Of a stretch of DNA of 64,000 nucleotides, positions 11,587 to 20,730 are shown in pieces. The position numbers and the translations under genes are program-made. The stretch comes from Myxococcota bacterium (GTDB lineage: Bacteria; Myxococcota_A; UBA9042; PHBI01; JAWLBL01): the NCBI GenBank assembly GCA_041687695.1, contig JAWLBL010000010.1, positions 162,676 through 226,675 of the forward strand. The letters run 5' to 3'. Position 1 is the stretch's first letter. Each line of letters begins with the position of its first letter. The notes under the pieces were generated by a model, which saw nothing but the letters and a program-made list of their open reading frames with translations, had not been told where the DNA came from and made no database searches.

Positions 11587-12744
11587 TCAGTCGCAGCCGG
11601 CGGCGTCCCGGACGCGCTGGATCTCGCCCAGCAGCTCGGGGTCCAGGACCAGCGTCATCAGCTTGTCGTCCTGGATGCCCAGCTTGGGCAGGTCCTCGGT
11701 GGCCGCCAGGAACAGCCACGCGCGCCCCCACACGGTCAGGACGACGTCGCGCCAGCAGGCCGACCCGACCAGCTGCTGGTAGGCCGCCGGGACCTCGAGG
11801 CGCGCCATGCGCAGGTAGCGCTCGAGGTACCACAGGAAGGTCAGGATGCCGTCGCGCTCGCTGACGGTGTTCGCCAGGCGGTCGTGGAACGCGTAGCCCG
11901 TGGCCAGCGAGTTCACGTACTGCACCGTCTCCTCGAGCAGCATGTCGAAGCCCTGGTCGCCGCTGTCGAAGGTGCCGTCGTCGGGGTCGCCGTCCAGATA
12001 CACGTTGGCGTAGCCGTCGCAGCCGCTGAACCCGCCGGGCGGGCAGGGCGGGTGGAGGTCGGCGTAGGCGTCGTCGAGGAGCCGGCTGCGCGCGAACATG
12101 AGGCCGCCCGCCTGCGAGCTGCCGCCGCTGCAGGTGTACTTCACCGCGTCGGTGATGATGTACGCCGCGCCGTCGAAGCCGCCCTGGGCGATGTCGAAGA
12201 AGTGGCCGCACTCGTGGACGATGGTGGACAGCTGGCCGATGACCTGGTCGGCGGTGGCCTTCTGACCGAGGAAGAGGTCGACGCAGTGGCCCCAGGCCTG
12301 GTTCTGCAGCCCGCCCTGCACGAGGTGCCAGCCGAGCGGGTAGCGCGTGGTCAGCGCGTCCTCGATGAAGGCCATGTAGTTCGCCTGGCCGTAGCCGGCG
12401 ACGACGTCGTCGAGGCTGGCGGACGCGGCGGGCAGCGTCTCGGTGTACTGGCCGTCGAGGCACGCCGGGTCCACCGGCCCTTCGAGCGGCGGCGTCACCG
12501 CGTCTGGCGGACCGGCGGAGTCGGGCGGCGGCGTCGTGGTGTCGGCTTGGACCGAGGTGTCCTGGTCGCTGGCGTCGCCGACGGCGCCGTCATGGCCGGA
12601 GAGTCCGTCGGGGTCACCCTTGCCGACGTCGCCGGCGTCGACCGGCCAGGGGCCGCTGGCGGTGCCCGCGCCGGGGCCGTCGCACGCGAGGAGGGACATG
12701 AGGGGCAGGGCGCCGAGCGCCGCGATCCAGAGGGTGTGTCGCAT
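11587..12744 (-). CDS. Lipoprotein, putative zinc metallopeptidase (HEXXH)
   Basis: Lipobox LLAC, an acidic Pro-rich linker, IVHECGH, and downstream LLEETVQY. Confidence 0.7.
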   Translation of the reverse strand: MRHTLWIAALGALPLMSLLACDGPGAGTASGPWPVDAGDVGKGDPDGLSGHDGAVGDASDQDTSVQADTTTPPPDSAGPPDAVTPPLEGPVDPACLDGQYTETLPAASASLDDVVAGYGQANYMAFIEDALTTRYPLGWHLVQGGLQNQAWGHCVDLFLGQKATADQVIGQLSTIVHECGHFFDIAQGGFDGAAYIITDAVKYTCSGGSSQAGGLMFARSRLLDDAYADLHPPCPPGGFSGCDGYANVYLDGDPDDGTFDSGDQGFDMLLEETVQYVNSLATGYAFHDRLANTVSERDGILTFLWYLERYLRMARLEVPAAYQQLVGSACWRDVVLTVWGRAWLFLAATEDLPKLGIQDDKLMTLVLDPELLGEIQRVRDAAGCD

Positions 12745-12892
12745 GGCCGCGGAGCGTAGCAGAGGCAGCGGCGCGGCCGCGAGCGGATCCGCGGCTACGG
12801 CTTTGCTCGACTTCCGGCGCGGCGGCGGGTAATGGGCTGCGCGGCGGGCGCGAGACGAACGAGTCGCCCGCCTCCCTTTCAGGAGCCCCGAG

Positions 12893-14260
12893 ATGACCTG
12901 CCCCGTCGAGTTCACCGTCGAGAGCGTCGACCGATCCAGCGGCGCCCGCGCCGCCGTCCTGAAGCTGGGCCGCGGCACCATCCGCACCCCGGTCTTCATG
13001 CCGGTCGGCACCCAGGCCGCCATCCGCGCCATGCCGCCGCTGTTCCTGTCCGAGATCAAGACGCAGATCATCCTCGCGAACACCTACCACCTGCACCAGC
13101 GGCCGGGAGAGGAGATCGTCGCCAAGCTCGGCGGGCTCCACCGCTTCATGGGCGTGGATCTGCCCATCCTGACCGACTCGGGCGGCTTCCAGGTCTTCTC
13201 GCTCGACAAGAAAGAGATCACCGAGGAGGGCGTCGCCTTCTCGTACGAGGTCGACGGCAAGCCGACGGTGCTGTCGCCCGAGGTGTCGATGGCCATCCAG
13301 CAGAAGCTGGGCTCGGACATCGCGATGGCCTTCGACGAGTGCCTGCCGCCCGACGCGTCGCGCGCCCGCACCGAGACCTCGGTCGACATGACGGCCCGGT
13401 GGGCCGAGCGCTGCGTCAAGGCCCACGACCGCCCCGACCAGTCGCTGTTCGGCATCGTGCAGGGCGGCATGTTCCCCGATCTGCGCCAGCGCTCGGTGTC
13501 GCAGATCACCTCGCTCGGCTTCGACGGCTACGCCATCGGCGGCCTGTCGGTCGGCGAGGGGCCCGAGCTGATGAACCGGGTCCTCGCCGAGACGACGCCG
13601 CACATGCCGGCGCACCTGCCGCGCTACCTGATGGGCGTGGGCCGGCCGCAGGACCTCGTCGACGGCGTCGCGCTGGGCGTCGACATGTTCGACTGCGTCA
13701 TCCCGACCCGCCACGCGCGCAGCGGCACGCTGTACACCTTCCAGGGCCGCATCCGCATCACGCACAACCGCTACCGGCGCGACGCGTACCCCATCGACAC
13801 GACCTGCCCCTGCTACACCTGCCGGCACTTCTCGCGCGCCTACCTGCACCACCTCTTCAGCGTGGGCGAGGTGCTGGGCGCGACCCTGTGCACCATCCAC
13901 AACCTGACGTTCTTCCAGGAGCTGATGACGAACCTGCGGCAGTCGATCGTCGACGGGCGCTTCGCCAGCTTCCGCAAGGACATCAAGGCCCTGTACCCCG
14001 AGACCGGCGAGGCCGCGGGCGTCGAGCGCGACGAAGTGGACGCCGAGAAGCGGCAGGCGGCCAGCCGCCAGGCCCAGACGCGGCAGGTCGAGCGGCCCAA
14101 GCGCATGCCGGCGCCCGAGCCCCGGGCCGCCGGTCGCGCCGCCAGCCGAGCGGGTGATCGCGGCGAGGCGCGCCCGAGCAAGTCCGCCTCGCGTGGGGGC
14201 GGGGGGCGTTCGTCGGGTGGCGCGCCGGCCCGCAAGGGCGGCGGTCGCAAGAAGGGCTGA
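12893..14260 (+). CDS. tgt: tRNA-guanine transglycosylase
   Basis: TPVFMPVGT, ANTYHL, TDSGGFQVFSL, GIVQGG, DMFDCVIPTR and the Zn site CPCYTC...H. AGGAG RBS. Confidence 0.97.
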   Translation: MTCPVEFTVESVDRSSGARAAVLKLGRGTIRTPVFMPVGTQAAIRAMPPLFLSEIKTQIILANTYHLHQRPGEEIVAKLGGLHRFMGVDLPILTDSGGFQVFSLDKKEITEEGVAFSYEVDGKPTVLSPEVSMAIQQKLGSDIAMAFDECLPPDASRARTETSVDMTARWAERCVKAHDRPDQSLFGIVQGGMFPDLRQRSVSQITSLGFDGYAIGGLSVGEGPELMNRVLAETTPHMPAHLPRYLMGVGRPQDLVDGVALGVDMFDCVIPTRHARSGTLYTFQGRIRITHNRYRRDAYPIDTTCPCYTCRHFSRAYLHHLFSVGEVLGATLCTIHNLTFFQELMTNLRQSIVDGRFASFRKDIKALYPETGEAAGVERDEVDAEKRQAASRQAQTRQVERPKRMPAPEPRAAGRAASRAGDRGEARPSKSASRGGGGRSSGGAPARKGGGRKKG

Positions 14261-14399
14261 GCCGCCGCCGTCGGGAGCCCGCCCGCGCGCGGGGTTGAAC
14301 CGACGCGCCCGGCGCGGCTACAACAGGGACCTCCGAGAGCCAGCCCGCGCGCGCATCCTGCCCGCGGGCGGGCCTTACGGGCGAGCGAGGGGCGGGCGA

Positions 14400-17300
14400 A
14401 TGCGGGGCAGGCCGAGTTGGGGGGTAGTCGTCGGGCTCGTCGCCGCGCTGGCGGCCGGCTGCGGGGAGGGCGGCGTCGCGGGCTCGTTCAACGACGCCGA
14501 CATCGGCAAGGCGAGCGACGCGCCGGACGTGCCGGACGTCCCGGACGTGCCCGAGGTGACCGACCGCGGCCCCGACGTCCCCAAGGAGCCCTGCGAGGCG
14601 CCGGCCGAGCTGGGCTGCCCGTGCAAGGAGAACGCGACCTGCGGGTCGGGCTACTGCGTGCCGACCGCCGAAGGCAGCGTGTGCACGCAGACCTGCGACG
14701 AGGCGTGCCCGGACGGCTGGGCGTGCAAGCAGCTGGCCGTGGGCGCGGACCCGGTCTTCATCTGCCGGCAGATCGGCGTGAACCTGTGCCGGCCGTGCAA
14801 CGACAACGAGGAGTGCCAGGAGAACGCGGCGGGCACGGGCCACGCGTGCGTCGACTGGGGCCCCGAGGCGGGCCGGTTCTGCGCGACCGCGTGCGAGAGC
14901 GACGGCGACTGTGACGAAGGCTATGCCTGCAAGGACGTGGTGGACGTCGACGGCGCCGAGACGCGCCAGTGTCTGCCGGTCGAGGGCGAGTGCGGGTGCT
15001 CGCCGCTCGCGCGGACGCTGGGCGCCGCGACGGTGTGCTCGCGCTCGGGCGACCTCGGGACGTGCACGGGCCAGCGCCGCTGTGACGCCGACGGGCTGAC
15101 CGCGTGCGACGCGCAGGTGCCGACGGTCGAGGTGTGCGACGGCAAGGACAACGACTGCGACGGCGTGACCGACGGCCTGCCGTCGGGCCAGAGCTGCGAG
15201 CGCACCAACCAGTGGGGCTCGTGCCCCGGCGTGCTGTCGTGTCTGGGCGACGAGGAGGTCTGCGACGCCCCCGAGCCGGCCAAGGACCTGTGCAACGGCC
15301 TGGACGAGGACTGCGACGGGCTGACCGACGAGGACTGGGCCGACACCGACGGGGATCTCGTCGCCGATTGCGTGGACGACGACGACGACGGCGACGGCAT
15401 CCTGGACGAGGTGGACAACTGCCCGCTCGTCCCGAACACCGACCAGGCCGACTTCGACGAGGACGGCCTTGGGGACGCCTGCGACCCGGACGACGACGAC
15501 GACGGGTCGCCGGACGTCGCGGACTGCGCGCCGTTCGACGCGACCATCAGCCCGCTGGTCGAGGAGATCTGCGATCTCGTCGACAACGACTGCGACGGGC
15601 TGACCGACGAGGGCTTCCCGAACAGCGACGGCGACGCGCTGCCCGACTGCCTGGACGACGACGACGACGACGACGGCCTGCTGGACGGCGAGGACAACTG
15701 CCCCAAGGTGGTCAACCCGGACCAGGTCGACGCCGACGGCGACGGGCTGGGTGACGCGTGCGACCCGGACGACGACAACGACGGGGTCCCGGACGGCGCC
15801 GACAACTGCCCGTTCGACCCCAACCCCCAGCAGGCCGACCTCGACGGCGACGGGGTGGGCGACGTCTGCGACGACGATCTCGACGGGGACGGGGTCGCCA
15901 ACGGGGGCGACAACTGCCCGACGATCAAGAACGCGCTGCAGATCGACACCGACGGCGACGGGCTGGGTGACGCCTGCGACGAGGACGACGACGACGACGG
16001 CGTCCCGGACGCCATGGACAACTGCCCCAAGGTCTACAACCCGGACCAGAAGAACACCGACGGGATGGGGCCGGGCGACGCCTGCAGCGACGACATCGAC
16101 GGCGACGGTGTCAAGGACGACGTCGACAACTGCGTCGACGTCGTCAACCCGGACCAGCTGAACTCGGACGACGACGAGCTCGGCGACGCCTGCGACGAGG
16201 ACGACGACGGCGACGGCATCCCGGACGTGGTCGACAACTGTCCGAAGAAGGCCAACCCCGAGCAGGACGACCTGGACGGCGACGGGTTGGGCGACGCCTG
16301 CGACGGCGACGACGACGGCGACGGCTGGGCCGACGCGCTGGACAACTGCCCGATGGTGGCCAACCCCGACCAGGGCGACCTCGACGGCGACGGCCTGGGG
16401 GACGCCTGCGACCCGGACATCGACGGCGACAACCTGCCGAACACGGGCGACAACTGCCCGACCGTGAAGAACTCGACCCAGTCCGACGTGGACCAGGACG
16501 GGCTCGGCGACGCCTGCGACGACGACAACGACAACGACGGCATCAAGGACGTCAGCGACAACTGCCCGGCGGTGCCCAACGCGTTCCAGCAGGACCTGGA
16601 CGGCGACGGCGTGGGCGACGCCTGCGATCCGGACGTGGACGGCGACGGCGTCGACAACGCGGCCGACAACTGCCCGACGGTGGCCAACGCGTCGCAGGCC
16701 GACCACGACGGGGACGGGGCGGGCGACGCCTGCGACCCGGACGACGACGACGACGGGGTCGAGGACGACTTCGACAACTGCCCGTGGGTCAAGAACGCCG
16801 ACCAGAAGAACCACGACAACGACGCCTACGGCGACGTCTGCGACCCGGACGACGACAACGACGGCGTCCCGGACGAGAGCGACAACTGCCCGTGGCTGGC
16901 CAACCCGGGGCAGGCGGACCAGGACAAGGACGGGCAGGGCGACGCGTGCGACGCCGATCGCGACGGCGACGGCGTCCCGAACGCCGCCGACAACTGCCCG
17001 ACGGTGAGCAACGCCGACCAGCTCGACACCGACAAGGACGGGCAGGGCGACGCCTGCGACGTCGACAACGACGGCGACGGGACCGCCGACGGCATCGACA
17101 ACTGCCCGGTGCTGTTCAACCCGCTGCAGAAGGACTCCGACGGGGACGGGGTGGGTGACGCCTGCGACCCCGACGACGACGGCGACGGGGTGCCGGACGT
17201 CGACGACAACTGCCCGCTGACCCCCAACGCCGAGCAGGTCGACAACGACGGCGACGGCCTCGGTGACGCCTGCGACCCGGACGACGACAACGACGGCGTG

Positions 17301-19970
17301 CCCGACAAGGCCGACAAGTGCCCGCTGGTCTACGACCCGGCGCAGACGGACACGGACGGGGACGGGCTGGGCGACGCGTGCGACGACGACATGGACGCCG
17401 ACGGCGTGGCCAACGGCCTCGACAACTGCCCCAAGGTCCCGAACCCGACGCAGGCCGATCTGGACGGCGACGGCCAGGGCGACGCCTGCGACCCGGACGA
17501 CGACGGCGACGGGGTCGCGGACGCGGTCGACAACTGCCCGACCGTGCCGAACGCGACCCAGGTGAACACCGACACGGACGCGCTGGGCGACGCGTGCGAC
17601 CCGGACGACGACAACGACGGCTGGATGGACGGCGCGGACAACTGCCCGCTGGTCGCCAACGTCGATCAGCTGGACAGCGACTCGGACGGCGCCGGCAACG
17701 CTTGCGACGACGACGACGACAATGACGGGGTGGCCGACGGCGACGACAACTGCCCGCTCCAGCCGAACGCCGACCAGACGGACACGGACGGCGACGGGCA
17801 GGGCGACGCCTGCGACGGCGACGACGACGGCGACGGCATCCCGGACGGCCCGGACAACTGCCCGACGGTGGCCAACGCGTCGCAGGCCGACTTCGACGGC
17901 GACGGCCAGGGCGACGCCTGCGACGAGGACGTCGACGGTGACGGGGTCCTGGACGTGGTCGACAACTGCGTGCCCTTCGCGAACCCCGACCAGGCGGACC
18001 TGGACGAAGACGGGCAGGGCGACGTCTGCGACGGCGACATGGACGGCGACGGCGTCGCCAACGGAAGCGACAACTGCCCGACGGTGTACAACCCGAACCA
18101 GGCCGACGTGAACGGCAACGGCAAGGGCGACGCCTGCGAGAAGAACGACGACCAGGACGGCGACGGGGTCGTGGACGATGCCGACAACTGCCCGGCCGTG
18201 GCCAACCCGAACCAGAAGGACACGGACGGGGACGGGCAGGGCGACGCTTGCGACACCGACGACGACGACGACGGGATCCTCGACGCCGCCGACAACTGCC
18301 CCGTGCATGCCAACGCCGACCAGGCCGACCAGGACAAGGACGGCAAGGGCGACGCCTGCGACCTGGACATCGACGGCGACAAGGTCTCCAACGCCAGCGA
18401 CAACTGCCCCTTCCACCCGAACGCCACGCAGACCGACCTGGACGGCGACGGCCTGGGCGACCCGTGCGATCCGGACGACGACGGCGACGGCGTCGACGAC
18501 ACCGTCGACAACTGCCCGACGGTCAAGAACGCCAACCAGGCGGATCTCGACGGCGACGGCGTCGGCGACGCGTGCGACCCCGACCGCGACGGCGACGGCG
18601 TGCCGAACGGCACCGACAACTGCCCGAACGTGTCGAACCCCGACCAGATCAACTCGGACAACGACATGCTGGGCGACGCCTGCGACACCGACGACGACAA
18701 CGATCTCGTCGCGGACGCGGTGGACAACTGCCCGGTCACACCGAACCTCGAGCAGACGGACACGGACGGCGACGGGCTGGGTGACGCCTGCGACCCGGAC
18801 GACGACAACGACGGGATCCCGGACGGGCTCGACAACTGCCCCAAGGTCCCCAACCCCAGCCAGTCCGACCAGGACCAGGACGGGCTGGGTGACGCGTGCG
18901 ACGGCGACGCCGACGGCGACGGGTCGGGCGACCAGGCGGACAACTGCCCGAACGTCGTCAACCCCGACCAGGCCGACTACGACGGCGACGGCCTGGGCGA
19001 CGCCTGCGATCCGGACGACGACAACGACGGCGATCCCGACGTCACCGACTGCGCGCCGAAGAACGCGTCCATCTCGCACTTCGCCACCGAGGTCTGCAAC
19101 GGCAAGGACGACGACTGCGACGGCCAGACCGACGAACCCGGCGCCGGCGGCTGCTCGGTCTTCTACCAGGACGGCGACGCGGACGGGTGGGGCACGGCGA
19201 CCACGGCGTGCCTGTGCGCGGCCAAGGCGCCCTACACGGCGACCAAGACGGGCGACTGCCGCGACGGCGACCCCAACGCGCACCCGGCCGCGCAGGAGGT
19301 CTGCGACGGCGTCGACAACGACTGCGATGGGCAGACCGACGAGGGCACGGACTTGAGCGGCTGCATCCTGTACTTCCAGGACAAGGACGGCGACGGGTAC
19401 GGGCCCAAGGGCGTCGCCGGCAGCTGCCTGTGCGCGCCCAGCGCGACGCACTTCGCGACCCAGCAGGGCGACTGCAACGACAACAACGCCGCGGTCAAGC
19501 CGGGCGCGACCGAGATCTGCGACGGCCTCGACAACGACTGCGACTCGCTGACCGACGAGAGCGGCGCGGTCGGTTGCACGACGCGGTTCAAGGACGAGGA
19601 CGGCGACGGCTACGGCACCAGCGACTTCCAATGCAGCTGCGAGGTCAAGGCGCCCTACACGGCCCCCAACGAGCTGGACTGCTACGACGGCAGCGCGCTG
19701 GCCTATCCGGGGTCGAACACCTGGCGCAACACGCACCGCGGCGACGGCAGCTTCGACTACAACTGCGACCAGAGCACCGAGCAGCGCTACACCGACGTCG
19801 GCTCGTGTGGCAGCACCTGCGGGGGCGGGCAGGGCTGGCTGTACGGGGGCAGCGTCCCGGCGTGCGGCGTCAGCGCCAGCTGGATGACCAAGTGCCGCTG
19901 GGATCTGCTCGAGTGCGGCAGCCTGCTTTGCTGCGCCAAGACCGAGAGCCGCCAACAGGAGTGCCGATGA
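14400..19970 (+). CDS. Giant (~1856 aa) Cys/Asp-rich lipoprotein with ~32 thrombospondin type 3 repeats and MopE-like putative metal-binding repeats
   Basis: Lipobox LAAGC; 36-aa DNCPxxxNxxQxDxDxDGxGDACDxDxDxDG units; EVCDGxDNDCDGxTDE motifs at both ends. Confidence 0.88.
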   Translation: MRGRPSWGVVVGLVAALAAGCGEGGVAGSFNDADIGKASDAPDVPDVPDVPEVTDRGPDVPKEPCEAPAELGCPCKENATCGSGYCVPTAEGSVCTQTCDEACPDGWACKQLAVGADPVFICRQIGVNLCRPCNDNEECQENAAGTGHACVDWGPEAGRFCATACESDGDCDEGYACKDVVDVDGAETRQCLPVEGECGCSPLARTLGAATVCSRSGDLGTCTGQRRCDADGLTACDAQVPTVEVCDGKDNDCDGVTDGLPSGQSCERTNQWGSCPGVLSCLGDEEVCDAPEPAKDLCNGLDEDCDGLTDEDWADTDGDLVADCVDDDDDGDGILDEVDNCPLVPNTDQADFDEDGLGDACDPDDDDDGSPDVADCAPFDATISPLVEEICDLVDNDCDGLTDEGFPNSDGDALPDCLDDDDDDDGLLDGEDNCPKVVNPDQVDADGDGLGDACDPDDDNDGVPDGADNCPFDPNPQQADLDGDGVGDVCDDDLDGDGVANGGDNCPTIKNALQIDTDGDGLGDACDEDDDDDGVPDAMDNCPKVYNPDQKNTDGMGPGDACSDDIDGDGVKDDVDNCVDVVNPDQLNSDDDELGDACDEDDDGDGIPDVVDNCPKKANPEQDDLDGDGLGDACDGDDDGDGWADALDNCPMVANPDQGDLDGDGLGDACDPDIDGDNLPNTGDNCPTVKNSTQSDVDQDGLGDACDDDNDNDGIKDVSDNCPAVPNAFQQDLDGDGVGDACDPDVDGDGVDNAADNCPTVANASQADHDGDGAGDACDPDDDDDGVEDDFDNCPWVKNADQKNHDNDAYGDVCDPDDDNDGVPDESDNCPWLANPGQADQDKDGQGDACDADRDGDGVPNAADNCPTVSNADQLDTDKDGQGDACDVDNDGDGTADGIDNCPVLFNPLQKDSDGDGVGDACDPDDDGDGVPDVDDNCPLTPNAEQVDNDGDGLGDACDPDDDNDGVPDKADKCPLVYDPAQTDTDGDGLGDACDDDMDADGVANGLDNCPKVPNPTQADLDGDGQGDACDPDDDGDGVADAVDNCPTVPNATQVNTDTDALGDACDPDDDNDGWMDGADNCPLVANVDQLDSDSDGAGNACDDDDDNDGVADGDDNCPLQPNADQTDTDGDGQGDACDGDDDGDGIPDGPDNCPTVANASQADFDGDGQGDACDEDVDGDGVLDVVDNCVPFANPDQADLDEDGQGDVCDGDMDGDGVANGSDNCPTVYNPNQADVNGNGKGDACEKNDDQDGDGVVDDADNCPAVANPNQKDTDGDGQGDACDTDDDDDGILDAADNCPVHANADQADQDKDGKGDACDLDIDGDKVSNASDNCPFHPNATQTDLDGDGLGDPCDPDDDGDGVDDTVDNCPTVKNANQADLDGDGVGDACDPDRDGDGVPNGTDNCPNVSNPDQINSDNDMLGDACDTDDDNDLVADAVDNCPVTPNLEQTDTDGDGLGDACDPDDDNDGIPDGLDNCPKVPNPSQSDQDQDGLGDACDGDADGDGSGDQADNCPNVVNPDQADYDGDGLGDACDPDDDNDGDPDVTDCAPKNASISHFATEVCNGKDDDCDGQTDEPGAGGCSVFYQDGDADGWGTATTACLCAAKAPYTATKTGDCRDGDPNAHPAAQEVCDGVDNDCDGQTDEGTDLSGCILYFQDKDGDGYGPKGVAGSCLCAPSATHFATQQGDCNDNNAAVKPGATEICDGLDNDCDSLTDESGAVGCTTRFKDEDGDGYGTSDFQCSCEVKAPYTAPNELDCYDGSALAYPGSNTWRNTHRGDGSFDYNCDQSTEQRYTDVGSCGSTCGGGQGWLYGGSVPACGVSASWMTKCRWDLLECGSLLCCAKTESRQQECR

Positions 19971-20016
19971 CCCCGTCCGGGGACCATCCCATGATGCGCA
20001 ACGGCCTCCTGGTCCG

Positions 20017-20694
20017 ATGAAGACCAAGGGAGGCGGTGAGCGCGAGCCCGCGCGCAGCGATCGACGCGGGTTCTTCCGGCTGGGGCTGCAGACCCTGCGC
20101 GACAACGTCTTCGAGGCGGCGCGAGAGCTGGGCCAGGCGAACGCGCCACCGGCGTCGCCGGCTCCGTCCCTGCCGACGCCGCCGCCTCCGACGGGCAGGG
20201 CGCGTCCCCGCGTGGCCCCCAGCGGCGCCCGCCTGGTGGCGCGCCCTCCCGGCGCGCTGGCCGAGGCCGAGTTCCTGGCGAAGTGCACGCGCTGCGCCAA
20301 GTGCGTCGACGCCTGCCCCGAGGGCAGCCTGTTCCGCGCGGGGCCGCACCTCGGCGCCGCGGTCGAGCAGACCCCGGTGCTGCTGCTGGATCAGAAGCCC
20401 TGCTTTCTGTGCACCGACGTCCCCTGCGCCGCCGCGTGCCCCACGGGCGCCTTGTTGCCCGTCGAGCCGGCCCGCATCCGCGTCGGTGTCGCCGAGCCGC
20501 TCCAGACCCTGTGCCTCAACCGCCTGGGGCAGCCGTGCGAGTCGTGCGTGACCGCCTGTCCGTTCCCGGACGAGGCCATCACCCCGGGGCCGATGGGCGT
20601 GCCGGTGGTGGATCCCGACGTGTGCACCGGCTGCGGGCAGTGCGTCAGCGCCTGCCCGGCCTTCCCCAAGGCGCTGCACATCCGGCCGCTCTGA
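20017..20694 (+). CDS. Polyferredoxin, NapF/NapG/MauM-like (4x 4Fe-4S)
   Basis: DRRGFF motif; RPPGALAEAEFLAKCTRCAKCVDACP, CFLCTDVPCAAACP, CESCVTACP and CTGCGQCVSACP. Confidence 0.85.
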   Translation: MKTKGGGEREPARSDRRGFFRLGLQTLRDNVFEAARELGQANAPPASPAPSLPTPPPPTGRARPRVAPSGARLVARPPGALAEAEFLAKCTRCAKCVDACPEGSLFRAGPHLGAAVEQTPVLLLDQKPCFLCTDVPCAAACPTGALLPVEPARIRVGVAEPLQTLCLNRLGQPCESCVTACPFPDEAITPGPMGVPVVDPDVCTGCGQCVSACPAFPKALHIRPL

Positions 20695-20730
20695 GCGCGG
20701 CGACCGGCGGCGCCGGCGCTGGCGTCGGGG

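Noticed and set aside
15670..19030. 108-bp periodic DNA repeat as CRISPR or satellite
   Set aside because: It is in-frame coding TSP3 repeats with synonymous variation.
13983..20300. 2105-aa minus-strand ORF and many other long overlapping ORFs (e.g. 3408-5294, 40939-43638, 48166-50346, 24042-26204)
   Set aside because: These are antisense or alternative-frame shadows of well-supported genes. High GC and biased codon use suppress stops, and they carry no motifs.
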